Positions 23,201 through 35,229 of a stretch of DNA of 64,000 nt are shown here, one piece after another. Position numbers and translations under genes: made by a program. Below the pieces are notes generated by a model. That model saw only the letters and a list, made by a program, of their open reading frames with translations. It was not told the DNA's origin and did not search any database. The stretch's first letter is position 1. Each line of letters opens with the position of its first letter. The DNA is from Raillietiella orientalis (Eukaryota), in the NCBI GenBank assembly GCA_036172245.1, contig JAYWIR010000092.1:1-64000 (forward strand), read 5' to 3'.

Positions 23201-25912
23201 GCTAGGGCACCCACAGAGCGGGACGCCTCGCGGCTCTTGCTTCCAGACGGAGGCCAGGCAATAGGGGAGGAGGAGAGAATCAGCCTCGACGAGCCATTTT
23301 CTACCGGTGAAATTCTCGCCGGTATTAAAAGGCTTAAGAGGCGTAAGGCGCCAGGGGAGGACGGCCTGCTTGCATAATTTTTTCAATGCTTTGCGATAGA
23401 GCTGGCCCCCCTGGTGCTTCAGTTGACCGGGCTGATCCGAGACGAAGGCGACGTTCCCGCCTCGTTTTGGTCAGCCCGTGTGAGGCTCCTCCAGAAGGGA
23501 GGAGACCTGAGATCCCTAGGCAACTGGCGTCCGATCACAATTGTGAATACGGACGCCAAGCTGGTCGCTGGACTGTGGGCTTTGCGTTTAGGACAGGTGG
23601 CAGACTCCATAATTAGCCCGGAGCAGACATACGCTGTTCCCGGGCGAAGTATGAATGCCAACCTGTTCTTCGCGAGCACATGGTTCCATGTGCAACGCTG
23701 CCTGAATGAAACTGACGGAAAGATTGGCAACCCCACTTTGGGGCCGCCAGCTGGGCTGGGAATGGACACCCGGGCTGGGAAGGGGGCCCTAGCGATCGCG
23801 GTCGATCTCCATAAGGCGTTCGACTGCGTTGACCAGGAGCTACTGTTGGATCTCCTGGGTCGCATGGGCTTCCCATCCTCCCTTCTCTCCTTCCTGCGCT
23901 CCTGCTGGCGCAACGCCATCGTTAACATCTGCTTTTCCAGCCAACAGGTGTACGGCGTAACGGTGCGGCGGGGCATACGGCAGGGCGACAACCTCAGTCC
24001 TCTGCTCTTCAGCACCTACTTTGAGTTGGTACTGAGAGCGTACAGGGTGACTTTGGCACCCTAGCCGAGCTCGTGCCCCGGCACGCCCGCCGTAGCAGCG
24101 TACGCCGACGATCTTCTGCTCTTGTTGCTAATGTCCACGCCGGCAAAGGCGGTCGGAGACTTCCTTGATCTGCTCAGCCTTGGGACAGGACTGCAGGTGA
24201 ACAGGGCGAAGTCTTCGGTGGTGCCAGTATGTGTGGCGTGGAAAGGGCAGCAGGAATGGGTCCGTCTGGGAATCCCCACGGCGAGGTGCCTCGAGTACCT
24301 TGATGTGCCGTTGGAAGACTACTCTTCTGGGGAAGAGTGGTCCAGCTGTCTTGAAAAAGTGTAGATGGCGATCGGCCCGTTCCTGGAAGGCAAGTTTCAC
24401 TTGCCGGAACTGGCCGCGCTTTAAAACGTTTTTGCGACCCTCATCCTCCGCCCCTCGCTTTTGGTTTTCCCTACCCCCAGAAAATGCAAGAAGAGGACCT
24501 ACAACCTGCTGTGCATAGCCCTTTAGGGCAAGGGGAGGCCCCGATTACCTCTGAAGGACTTGTGCGTTCCGCGTCGGGACGGCGGGCTTGGCCTCCTGAC
24601 GCTGGAGCTCGTGGAAATCCAGCTGCGGTGGCGAACCCTTGCCATCGCAGGGAAGATGTGGAGCTCCTCTTGGTGCTTTCCGTCCCGCCACCCCGCCAGG
24701 CGTGTGTCCCGATGCGAAGGACTCGCGTCGTTTGTTCTGTGCCCTGGGCGGAAGATTCGAAGATGCGGCATCATGCTCGGACGCAGAGCAGTTCTGGCGA
24801 AGGCGAACGGTTCGATGGTTTGTGGCCCCGTCATCTCCTTTGCCTGGCTGGAAGAGACTCCTGGCAGCTGGGCCAAGCAGAACGGGAAAAGAACACATGA
24901 ACTGCTTGCGAATCGGCCCATACGCCAACCTCACCCTGCGGAAAATACTGGGTTTACCCTGGAGTCGCAGGTGGACGTTGACAACCCCCCTTGCTAAGGC
25001 AATGCACTACCCCCTGAGGGCGCTTCATTCCTGCCAGAAGCCGAGGAGGCAAGTAATCTTCCAGATCGCAGGCAGGGAGAAGATCTTAAGCGGCTGGACC
25101 ACAGGAGAACTGGCGGACGCCACAACCCTTAGCGTCCAGCCGCAAGGCTTGACTAGATGGGGCGAGCTGCTCGCCATCCCTACGGATGTGCTGAAGTGGC
25201 CCCCGGTAATAAAGGAATTCAGGATCCTGCCCCTTAAGTGGCAAGAGTCGGCGTTGCTACTGCTGCACTGGGGATTACCCTGCAACGCACGCCGCTTCCA
25301 CTGGACAAGGGGAGCTGTGGATCCTGTGTGTGTCAGGTGCGGGGAGCGGGAATCCCTCTCCCTCCTTATTGTGGACTGTGCTGCCATCCGACCCCTCTGG
25401 GAACGGTTCGGGGCGACCCTAGGGCTCCCTACAGGCAGCACCCCCAGAGACGTTCTTCGGCACCTCTTCGTGAAGGACGCACTGCAGCCAGCCGCAGTCA
25501 TCGCAGCCTTGTGCTGTGTCCGTGGCATCGTGGCGGCATGGAGCGACGCCAATAACGAAGGAGTGGGTCCACACGCGAGAGATGTCATCCCAAATGCCGA
25601 ACGCTTCTTGCGGAGAGCTGGCAAATGGCCCCAAATGGAGAATATGCGGATGGACCTCGAGAGCTTCCTTCAACGGAAGGGCCCTCCTCACAGCGAGTAG
25701 TGATCCCTTCCCCGCCCTCCAACTTCTTTTTGTTGGTTTATTTTTTATTTTTATTTTTCCTTAACCCTCATTCCCCTTGTCTGCTGAGGAACGCTACGCC
25801 GGGCTGCGTTTCGGCGTCCCGGCAATTCATGTACGTATGGCCGTGATCTGGACCTAGTACCGCGTATGCAGAGTTTTTTTAAATCAACGCCCAGGGCGTT
25901 CCCGGGTGTAAA
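20276..25912 (+). mobile_element. Full-length, decayed family B LINE
   Basis: 5' motif GAGAGCGGACGTGG (20276-20289); ORF1 from ~20378 (MPEDTT) to 22112 with CCHC knuckles; ORF2 22109-25700 in pieces; terminal hairpin 25888-25908. Confidence 0.92.
21870..22030 (+). repeat. Three imperfect coding repeats (PME-x-GEQ) in the family B ORF1 tail
   Basis: TPMEEGEQ, APMEKGEQ, KPMEQGEQ in ORF 21420-22112. Confidence 0.8.
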
Positions 25913-26457
25913 TCTTCAAGGCTGGCCAGAAGGCCGTAAGGCGTCCGGCCTCCCCTGAGGAATCCCCCACTTCCGACGCCGAGGTGGAGGCCGGAAGCGC
26001 AGCGTCCGTTTCCACGGCAGCCCGCAAGAAGGCTGGACGTAAGTCCACAAAGCCAAGGAAGCTCGTCTCCCCCGTCGAAGGGGAAGAGATGGCTTCCGCA
26101 AGCGAAGGTGCCATGAGCGTGGGAAACTCTCGGGACCCGTCGCCCGAGAGACTCCCACGAACGGACACGGAGGGGATGGAGGGGTTGGAGGCCGAACATG
26201 TGCCTCAGGTGCCTGAGAGGCCGAAACCCCCATGGACATCCCGCCCGCCTCGCAAGAGGAGGGCTCCCCCACACCTTAATCTTCCCAGCAGTAATGCCGG
26301 GAATCTCCTCCCGCCGTCGTCTGCGCATCGCCGTTTGGAACGTGAACGGCATGACAGACGTCGGAAAAAGACGAGACATGGTCGCCCTACAGGAGTTCTA
26401 CCACCTTGCGCTGCTGCAGGAGATCCACGTGATCTCTGCACAACAAGCGCAAGAGAT
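25913..26457 (+). mobile_element. Family A fragment: ORF1 C-terminus and ORF2 N-terminus
   Basis: Close match to 7220-7760 (minus); MPGISSRRRLRIAVWNVNG and QEIH. Confidence 0.9.
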
Positions 26458-29400
26458 TTCTCACCCGGTCACGCCGGGGCGTTTATTCCATATTACATAA
26501 CGAAAAAAACCAATTATACAAAATCAACCAGTTGGAAACCAAACTGCCAACCGACGACTGAACATGAATGAAGAGAATATTGCTGGCACGCAGGTCAAAG
26601 TAACAGTTCTGCGAACGGTATGGTGGGGCGGGGAACACAAAGAAACCAGAATAAAATAAAAACAATCAATAAGCAGGACGGGATAAGGGTCTTTGGGATC
26701 GCTCTGGAAGACACGGGAATAAAAGCATGGGCACCGGAAATTTTACCAAGCGAACGGGGACGGGGTATGGGTGGGCAAGAGGTAACAGGGGTGACCGGAT
26801 TACGCCGTTCTGAAAGATCTGTAAACCGGCGATGTATGCCGGTGATGTCCTCATTCACCTTGTCACGAAGATGAGACCACCTTGAAGCCTTCTCCATGAA
26901 TTGAGCTGCTAGCAGCTGAGCCTCCCTTCGCTGCAAAGACAACTCCAGGGCGTAGCGGGCCTTCACGATGGAGCTAACGCAACACATGGTTGCGACAATC
27001 GCGCCAACCGAATGTCCATTTCTGCTGAAGAAGCGCCGCAGCACATCAATGGCAGTGCCTCCTTGTCGCATCATGGCCGGAGTGAGCACTCGCCACAGTT
27101 CCCGGAGGTCATTGCTGTCCAGCAAAAGGTGCGGAAAAGAATCGAACTCTCCGCACCTTTAACAGTTTGGCAAAGCAGCTCCCCCGGAAACGATGCTTCG
27201 CTGCCTATTACAGTGTAATGCACAATGTAAAAAGAGCAGCACATCTTGTTTCCACTTCAGGGAAAACACGGAGCTGTCCAAACAAACGGGAATAACCACT
27301 ATCTCTCCGGGGGGCACACTTGAATGTTCGCTCCACCCAAGCAGGCCCTTCGCTCGATTGCGAGGAGTGGCGGCTTGCACCAGCTCCTTTGTCGTCCAGC
27401 TGCCGTGGAGCTTACTGACTCCCGCTATTTTGCTGGAGAACCTCCATTCCGCCGGTAGGCAACCGTCGTTGCTTGCCCCGAGGGCAGACAGCGCTGCGGC
27501 GAGTGGTGTGGCGGCCAGACGATCCGACAACTTCTAGTCCTGCGTGACTTCGTCTATTTGATGACTGAGGAGAAGTCGCAGGCGTCGAAGATCTTCCGGG
27601 CGCGTTCCTTCGGAAGCTGCCCACGATGAAAAAGATTCCTGCCGCCATGCATTAATTTTGATGGGGCGGCAGGAGATCCAGCTTTGGGCTTCCAGCAGTG
27701 AGGAGAGCTGCCTCAGCGGGAAGACAAACCCTATTCTGGTGTGCCGAAAGTGGGGTAGCAACGAAAGCAGTCCCTCGCTTCGCGTGCAGCGCCTCAGTAT
27801 AAGCTGTGAGGGTAAGCAACACGGCGTACACCACAGCTTGTCACAGAGCCGCAGCATGCGAAACTGCACCTGCAGCTCGATGGGTTTTAAGTCGAGGATT
27901 CCCAAGCCTGCATCCTGACGCGGCGCCACCAAGTCTTTAAGTCTAACACGGGATCTTGCAGCGCCCCCCAACGCTTTGCGTAGAAGGCACTGCGCCCAGA
28001 CTTTGACATCCTGGGGAGATGGACAAACAAAAAACCGGGGGCGGTGGAGGAGGGCAACGAAGGTGTTCCAGATGCAGGCCCGTTCCGGCAAGACGAACTC
28101 GCCTCCTGAAAACGGGACAAGTGCACGCTCTGCCTTCCGAAGGCAGTCCGACCACGCTTGTGAGATGCAGAAGTCGACCAAGGGCACGCCAAGCTACCTG
28201 AGGTACCTGCCCTTGGGGATGCCCAGGCCGATCTAGTCGGACTTCCCCTCCCACGTCGCATTCACCGGAACAACCATACACTTACTCCTGTTAACGTTCA
28301 CGCCCGGACCGCGACGAATCAACTAAAGAAGTCTTCAAGCGATGTCGCCGCGGTGGACATGGGCAACCGGAGAAGCAGGTCGTCGGCATAGGCTGCCACG
28401 GCCGGCGTACCTGGACAGGAGCTCGGCAGGTTGGCTAGCGTCAGCCTGTAAGCCTTCAGCCTCAATTCAAAATAGATGCTGAAGAGCAGCGGGCTTAAGC
28501 TATCACCCTGCCTAATTCCTCGTCGTACCGGCACGCCGTACACGCGACAGCCACTGAAAACAATGGATGTAATCGCGTGGCGCCTGCAAAAGCGTAAGTA
28601 CGACAACAGGGATGCCGGAAGACCTAGAGGTTCCAAAAGCTCAAGAAGAAGCTTTTAATTCAAGCAATCGGAAGCTTTGTGCAAATGGACTGCAACCGCC
28701 AAGGCTTCCGGTGTCTCCCTTTGCGTCCCGCGCCTCCGTCGGTGAGAGATCAGAAGCGTCTCTTCCGAACGACGATCCGCCGTCACAGGATGCTGCAATT
28801 GCAGCCATGTGCGGATGAACAAGAGATTCGCGTCCATCGACCGCCCAGGAACAGCGTACGTGTACTCCAAACTTACCAAGGATTCCGCGATCCTACCCAT
28901 CCGCGCTACCCAAAGTTTCGAGAACAACTTAACGTCCGAATTCACTAATGTGATCGGACGCCAGTTGTTCAGTTGGCGCAAATCTCCGCCTTTGGGCGGT
29001 AGACGCACCTTCGCTGAGCGAAACGAAACAGGGACATCGCCCGAGTCTCGCATTAGCGGAGAGAGTTGGAGCAACAAAGGGATGAGCTCCGCCGCAAAAC
29101 ACTGAAACAATTTCGTGGGGAGCTCATCTTCGTCTGGCGCTTTTGGTCTCTTGAGCCCCGAGATGGCCGAGGAAATTTTCTCTGCCGTGAAGGGCTCATC
29201 AAGACGCGCGCATTCCTTCTCCTGTACGACAGGTGCATCAATCGGCAGAAGCAGCCGGGAGAGGATGCCTTCCGTCGGTGCCTCTGCATACAGAGAATTG
29301 AAATAGCGCCTGGCTATCCGTCGCACGTCGGCTGGAGCCGAGCATTCCCTATCCTGGTCGTCGAGCAGAACTGTCGCCCCTGACTGCCAGACCTGGCGCT

Positions 29401-30925
29401 CGGCCTTTACCTTGTACTCGGATAATCGACCAACGTCCGCGCGCCTGGAGTAGAAGCGGGCCTGCAGAAAATCTCTGCTGTTGGCTACGCCCTCTCCGAA
29501 GCCGCGCGAAAGCTGGTGCAAGGGAAACCGGCAGCAGAACTCGTGGACCGGTATTTTCAGATCGTCCCAGTGCTCGAGCTCTTTTATGGCAAAGCCTAGG
29601 AGGTACTGGCGAAGATGCTCAGCCGCCTCCGGGTGGCTTAGCCAGTCTGCCGGCATCTTCCAAAAACAGTTACGAGGCCGCTTGCCTGGAGGGAGCAACT
29701 CGAACTCGAGCCTGTTATGGTCTGAAAGCACGGACGGCACGGGACCTCTCCGACATACTTGAGAGAGCAAGGGTTCATCAAGGTTTACGTGGTCCGGCAT
29801 TGCTGCCTTAACAGGGTCGCTAGCGAACAAGTTACACGCGTGCACGGACGCGCACATCTCTTTCGCTAGCAACTTTTCCCTTTTGTGGGATCTATTCTCG
29901 GAAAGCAATTGGACGTTAAATTCCCCGCAATGAGATGGGACACATTTTGATGAGATCGAGTGAGCCACTGGCTTTGAAGGGTTTCGAAGAACTCAATCCT
30001 TTCAACCCATCGTCCAGCACCGCTGAGCGCGTACACGTTGGTTACGACAAGGTCGATCGAGTCGGACCACTTGAGTACAAGCTGTCCCACTCGGCCTTCC
30101 GTGTCGAAACGAACGCTGCGCACCGCTCCCACCAAAGTTCCTCGCACGAGGAAAGCGACGCCGCACGTACGTGCAACGCCGCACCTATAAAGTGGCGTTT
30201 CGCCCGCGCGCCGTTCGATTCGGCAGCCTGCTTTTCGGAGATGCTATGAATCTCGTGCAGGAGCGTCAAGTCGAAGGCGAGCAGAGCGTCAGCCACTAGT
30301 CGCCTCTTCTCCTCGTGTTGGAGCCCGTTGACGTTCCAAGACGTTACGGCAACACGACGAGAAGCTGCGATTGCCCTCATCACGGCTGGGAAAGCGAGGC
30401 CCTGGTGCTCGCCTCACCCGGCGAGCGGGCAGCAAGATGCACGACGGGCTGGAGGGCGCGGGCGCCACCGGCCTCAACTGTGCTGCACGTATCCGTGTGC
30501 TCCTTCCCGGGTGCAGAACCTGTGGGTTCAGGGGTGAGCACTCGCCGTTTTGCGGCGAGTGTGTCACGCCTCAGGGCTTCAGCCCTGCGGACGCTAGCTC
30601 CCGCGCGAGTAACGCGTGGTTCAGCGGCGCTATCTGACTCCTTTGCGGAGTTTGATGCTCGCTCGATCGTCGTGCGGTTGCATCAGTTCGATTGCACCGG
30701 AATGGTCTTCCCGGCGGTCACAGAAGCGGACTTGCACGCGTTGAAGGCTCTGGCTTTTTCCTGGGAAGATGCACAAGCCGCGCGTGTTTTCGTATTCGCG
30801 CGACTGCTTGTTCCTTTGGAAGAGTTCAGGGATGGATGTTGCGAAGCCTTTTTGGGAGATTTCTCTTTCTTCCTCTCCACAAGCTTCCATTCTCCTTCGC
30901 GATTTTCGGAGGCTTCGTGGAAGCA
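26458..30925 (-). mobile_element. Family C LINE: ORF1 tail, whole decayed ORF2 and complete 3' end
   Basis: MRAIAASRRVAVTSWNVNG at 30380; ORF 28655-29968 (SDH, NWRPIT); YADD in 28319-28636; terminus AATAAACGCCCCGGCGTGACCGGGTG at 26462-26487. Confidence 0.9.
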
Positions 30926-31703
30926 AGGTGAAGCAAAGTGTTTTGCTTTTCTTGCACTGGGGATTGCGCTACAACGAGAGGCGCCACCGAGTTTCCGGTA
31001 GGGTGGCTTCTCCCTACTGTGCCCGGTGCGGAGTGACGGATTCGTTCCTGCACCTTGTTACGGACTGTGGAGCCCTCCTAGAACTGTGGAGGAGGCTAGC
31101 AGCAGCTCCTTCGTCACCAGAAGACACCGCTCGAGAAGTGCTGCGACCGTTCTTCCAGACACAAGGACTTTCGATGGCTGCGACGATTTCCACTGTTGGT
31201 TCCATCCGCGCCATCATCACGGTCCCAGACGTGCTGGAGAATACTGGACAGCAATGTTGTGTCACCAGGAGGGCAGCTGACTTCATCAGGTCGGCAGCTG
31301 GGTGGCGACACTTATATGAAGACACAACGGAGGAGCTAACCGGTATCCTTCTCCGGATCAGCAACGGCTTCGAACGACGAAATCGGTGATCCGCCCTCAT
31401 TTAGTTTTTGATTGGTTTTTTTGTTCTCGCGTCCTTTTTACTATACGCTCCGCAGTCCTTTTGGAGCGAGAACTTTTGAGATTATCGGTGAGTGCAAAGC
31501 AACACCAGAGTCCCCTGGCCCACTCCTACCATTTACAATTTTTTTTTTTTTTTTGAACTACACTCAGTCGTCCATGATCTTCCGTTTTCCTGGTGTGCGT
31601 GGCAGGGGTGAATCTCTGCTTCATGTTTTCAGAGTGGATTGCTGGAAACAATTTTTTCCAGCACGTTTATGTCAATAAAGGTTTCGGCGTGACCAGGTGA
31701 AAA
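30926..31703 (+). mobile_element. 5'-truncated family C-like LINE (zinc finger and 3' UTR)
   Basis: KQSVLLFLHWGL and CARCGVTDSFLHLVTDC; AATAAA at 31674 plus degenerate hairpin. Confidence 0.85.
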
Positions 31704-32170
31704 ATTTCAACCTTCGCCTGAAACCAGATCTGCAGAATCCCGAGCGTGACCTGGTCAACGGAGTGTGCATGCCTTTGCACACCTGTAATTTGTTGGCCAG
31801 CGCACCGGGGATGGAAGATAGCATTGACCACGCGTTTCTTCACGAGCACCTGTGCCCTCGCGTGGGCAGGCGCGGCAAGTTACCGTGCGAGCTGTCCGAC
31901 CATCGCCCGCTAGTCCTCGAGATCCATCCGCGCGACAGGGGCCTTGCCTCGTCAGCGTGGCGTCTCCCAGAGGACTGGCTGATGCTCCCGGACGCGGCGG
32001 AACATCTCCGCACGTTCATACGGAGCTTCAGGCTGCGGACACTCCAGGATTGGGACCGCTTCAAGCGGTCGGTCCAGGAGTTCTGCGACCAGTTCCCCCT
32101 GCACCGTATACCTACGGGTTTTGGGACCGTGGTCCGAAACGAACGAGCCTATCTGCAGGCCCGTCATTAC
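31704..32170 (+). pseudogene. Family A ORF2 fragment (from the GDFN motif to the linker)
   Basis: ORF 31697-32308: FNLRL, IDHA, SDH, LQDWDRFK; closely similar to 20-480. Confidence 0.88.
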
Positions 32171-32800
32171 TTCGGCTTTTTCCACAACGCGTGGACGGTT
32201 CCAAATTTAATTCATTCCTTTCGGACAGCCTCTTTGGCCATCCGGAAGGGGATTCCGAGGAGGTGGATCACGATAGATCTATCCTCCGTGATGGGGAGGA
32301 GCCGGTGATTCCCTAAAGGAACAGGTGTACGGAGCAGACGCTGGGCAAGACTTGCTTCTTTGCAAATCACCTCAACGTACTGTCCATCACTCCTGATGGT
32401 CATCGCCAAGAGCTCCTCCTGGGGTACTATGAGGGAGTGCATCGCTTTCGAGAAAGCGCGTGCACTCTCAAAGGAGTGAAGGTTGCCTACCTTGTAGAGT
32501 AGAGAGGGATTGTACCCCTCCTCCAGGTAGGCTTTTAACTCTGCCGCAGCCGCTTGCGTTGGCGCCGCAGCCACGAAACTCCTGCTTCTCCCTAACGAGG
32601 GAGGCGCTTCTGTGGGGGCGGTTGCCCCCACATCCATTGATTCAGGGAGCGACATAGACGTCGCCCCCTCCTTAACATTGGTGGTGGTCCCAGGCATTGC
32701 TGCCTAGCCACCAGCGAATTCACTGGCACACAAAGAAAAAAAATAAAAAAAATAAAACCATAAACGCTCAAGAGCGAAACAAAAACCGGTCCGCTCTCGC
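32171..32800 (-). mobile_element. Family A-like 5' end with ORF1 N-terminus
   Basis: ORF 32212-32697 (MPGTTT...EEGYNPSLLYKVG) aligns to the intact ORF1; 5' motif GAGAGCGGACCGGTTTTT. Confidence 0.87.
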
Positions 32801-33053
32801 TCTTGGACTGGGACGATCTGAAAAGATCGGCCCGCGAGTTCTGCAGACGGTTCCCCTGGCGTTTGCTTCCCCGTGGCTTCGAGGAAGGCGTGGCCAACAT
32901 CAGAGAGTTTCTGCAGGCCCTGCAATTCTCTCGATGACCGGACGTCCGGTACCTTGCGGAATACAAGGCCAAGGCCGAGCGCCAGGTCTGGCAGTCAGGA
33001 GCGGCTTGTCTGCTCGTTCAAGCTGGCCAGGAGTGCTCGGCTGCAGCCGACGT
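32801..33053 (+). pseudogene. Family C ORF2 linker fragment
   Basis: DWDDLKRS...EYKAKAERQVWQSGA...ECSAAADV. Confidence 0.8.
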
Positions 33054-33310
33054 TTGTCATTTGGATATGCCGGATCATTTATTATTCTAATTTGTTACAA
33101 AAATTAGATAATAAAGTCTTTCAAAAGTTGATTATGGGAAACACTTGGTTTTCCCACCTTGGTTGACGACCAGGGCCAGGAGTACTCGGGCGCGGCCGAG
33201 GTTTGTCACCCGGATATGCCGGGGCATTTATTATTTTAATTTTTTACAAAAATTAGATAATAAAGTCTTAAAAAAATGTTTTCTGTGGGGGAACACTGGG
33301 TTCTCCCACG
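33015..33310. repeat. Two diverged ~150-bp tandem units, each an ORF2 target segment plus an antisense family D 3' terminus
   Basis: GGCCAGGAGT...GA(C/G)GTTTGTCA...GGATATGCCGG...TTACAAAAATTAGATAATAAAGTCTT occurs twice. Confidence 0.85.
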
Positions 33311-34915
33311 CTACAATGTACTCGTTACTCGGTCTTTAGACCGGCAAGTTTCTCTCCCAGGCGCTGGCTAAGGGGAAAAGAAAAACAAAGAACAAAAAAG
33401 GAAATAACGGAAGGGAAACTGTTCTATGGGGAGGTGGGGGGTAGAAAAGGGATCACTGAGCGCTTGGTTCGCTCCTCCGCATCCTGTTGAGGATGCAGTC
33501 AAGTTCGGTTTTTATCGTGAAAGGTAGACGCCACCTTGTCGCCGTCTCTAAAGAGATCGTCGTCCAGTGAATGGCGTCCATGCATCTTGGGCCTGTTCTT
33601 CTTGCGTGCCACCTTTGCACAATGCCGCGCACGCAGCAGAGGGCTGCTAGAGACGCAGCGGGGCGCAGGCCGTCACGCAGAAAGACGCGACGGTAAATTT
33701 CTTTAGGGTCGCCTACTGGAAGATGGAGGATTGGGGCGATTCGACTCCAGAGTCCATCCAGGGCGGCACACTCGAGGGTGAGATGCATGGAGGTTTCTCT
33801 TTCACCGCACTCGACGCAGCGAACATCCACATTCCCCAGTGTCCAGTGAGACAGACGTGCTCTGCTTAACAGTCCCCAGTGCAGAAACAGTAACGCCGTC
33901 GCCTGCCACTTCAACGGAAGTGTGCCGAAATCCCAACACCCTGGGGGCCACTTCATTTTCTCCGGAGGTATCGCGAGCAGCACTCCCCAGCGCGCAAGTC
34001 CGTGAGGCGGGACGCTCTGGGTGGCAGCGTCCGTTAGCTCCCGAGTCGTCCACGCCTTTAAAGGTTTTTTCCTGCCTCGGATGAGGCAGGACACTTCCCG
34101 CGAAGCCCGCTCGTTGCTGCTCCTAGTGTTTTTTAGGGACGAGAGAACGGGGGCAAGGTGGCTAGAAGAAGCCCACAGAAACTTCCGGGGCGTGTTGAGA
34201 ATCTCCTTCAGCGGCTGCCGAGCGTACGGTCCTCGTCGTGGGCAGTTGTATTCCGCCTCGCTCGTGCCGTTGATCTGAGCCCACGCGGAGGCTGACTCCT
34301 GAAGCCAGGCAGTGCCGTTCCCGGGAAGGCAGGAGATCCAGGTATTCTCTCTCATCAGGGCGATCATCTGGCGCAAATCGGGGCCACAGTTGGAGAGGCT
34401 GCGTTGGTAGGCCACGAGGATCGAGGACAATTCATCGCAGCCGGTCGCTCTTCTGGCGAGGAGCTGTGCCGGAACGCACCATGGCGTCATCCATAAGCTA
34501 GCCGCAAGGGCTAACTTTCGAAGTGTTGTTTGTAGTTGGATGCGCTCCAACGTAAGGAGGCCCAAGCCACCATCCCTGCGTGGAGCGCACAAGTCTTTCA
34601 ATCGGACTCGCGACCTCGCTGTGCCCCGAAGGGAGGTCCTCAAGAAAGCTTTGCTCCGTATGTGTATGATGGGAGGGGCGGGGCAAACAAAAAGTAAGGG
34701 GCGAAGAAGGGGGGCCGCGAACGCGTTGCACACCGTGGCCTGCTCCTGCAAGTAAAACTTGCCGTTCCGGAAGAGGTAGATTGCCAACTCCACCTTTTGG
34801 AGACGGTCGGACCAGGCTTCTGCAACGCAGAAGTCCCCTAACGGAACGCCAAGGTACTTGAAGCACCTGCCCGTGCGGATCCCCAAGCGGATCCAGTCCG
34901 ACCGTCCGGCCCTCG
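33203..34915 (-). mobile_element. 5'-truncated family D LINE (ORF2 C-terminal half, open frame; 3' end complete)
   Basis: ORF 33453-34934: KYLGV and CVECGERETSMHLTLEC; terminus AATAAATGCCCCGGCATATCCGGGTGAC. Confidence 0.9.
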
Positions 34916-34919
34916 TCGA

Positions 34920-35229
34920 GTCAGTGAAAAGCAACGACGACTTCTTCCTATCTGGGAGCTATGACGAGGGACCTCGAGGGCATACTAGAGAGGATGGTCC
35001 CCTCCTCCAGCGGGCTATGATCCCTTCCCGGCCCTCCAAATATTTCCTTTCTGTTATTTCATTTATTTTTCTTTTTGTTTTACCTTCTATCCCCTCCGCT
35101 GCCGAGGAGGACAAGCTGGCTTCAGAACCGGCTTCCTGGCAGGTTTCATGAAATATTTGCCGTAGCGGGACCTAGTACCGCAAATGTACAGTGTTTTTTA
35201 ATAAACGCCCCGACGTGATCGGATGAAAA
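34920..35229 (+). mobile_element. Very short 5'-truncated family B-like LINE (last codons and 3' UTR)
   Basis: DLEGILERM, TGATCCC, CTGCCGAGGAG stem, AATAAA at 35200 plus hairpin. Confidence 0.85.

Noticed and set aside
11705..25912. LTR, DIRS or Penelope architecture
   Set aside because: No terminal repeats, integrase, tyrosine recombinase or GIY-YIG motifs were seen
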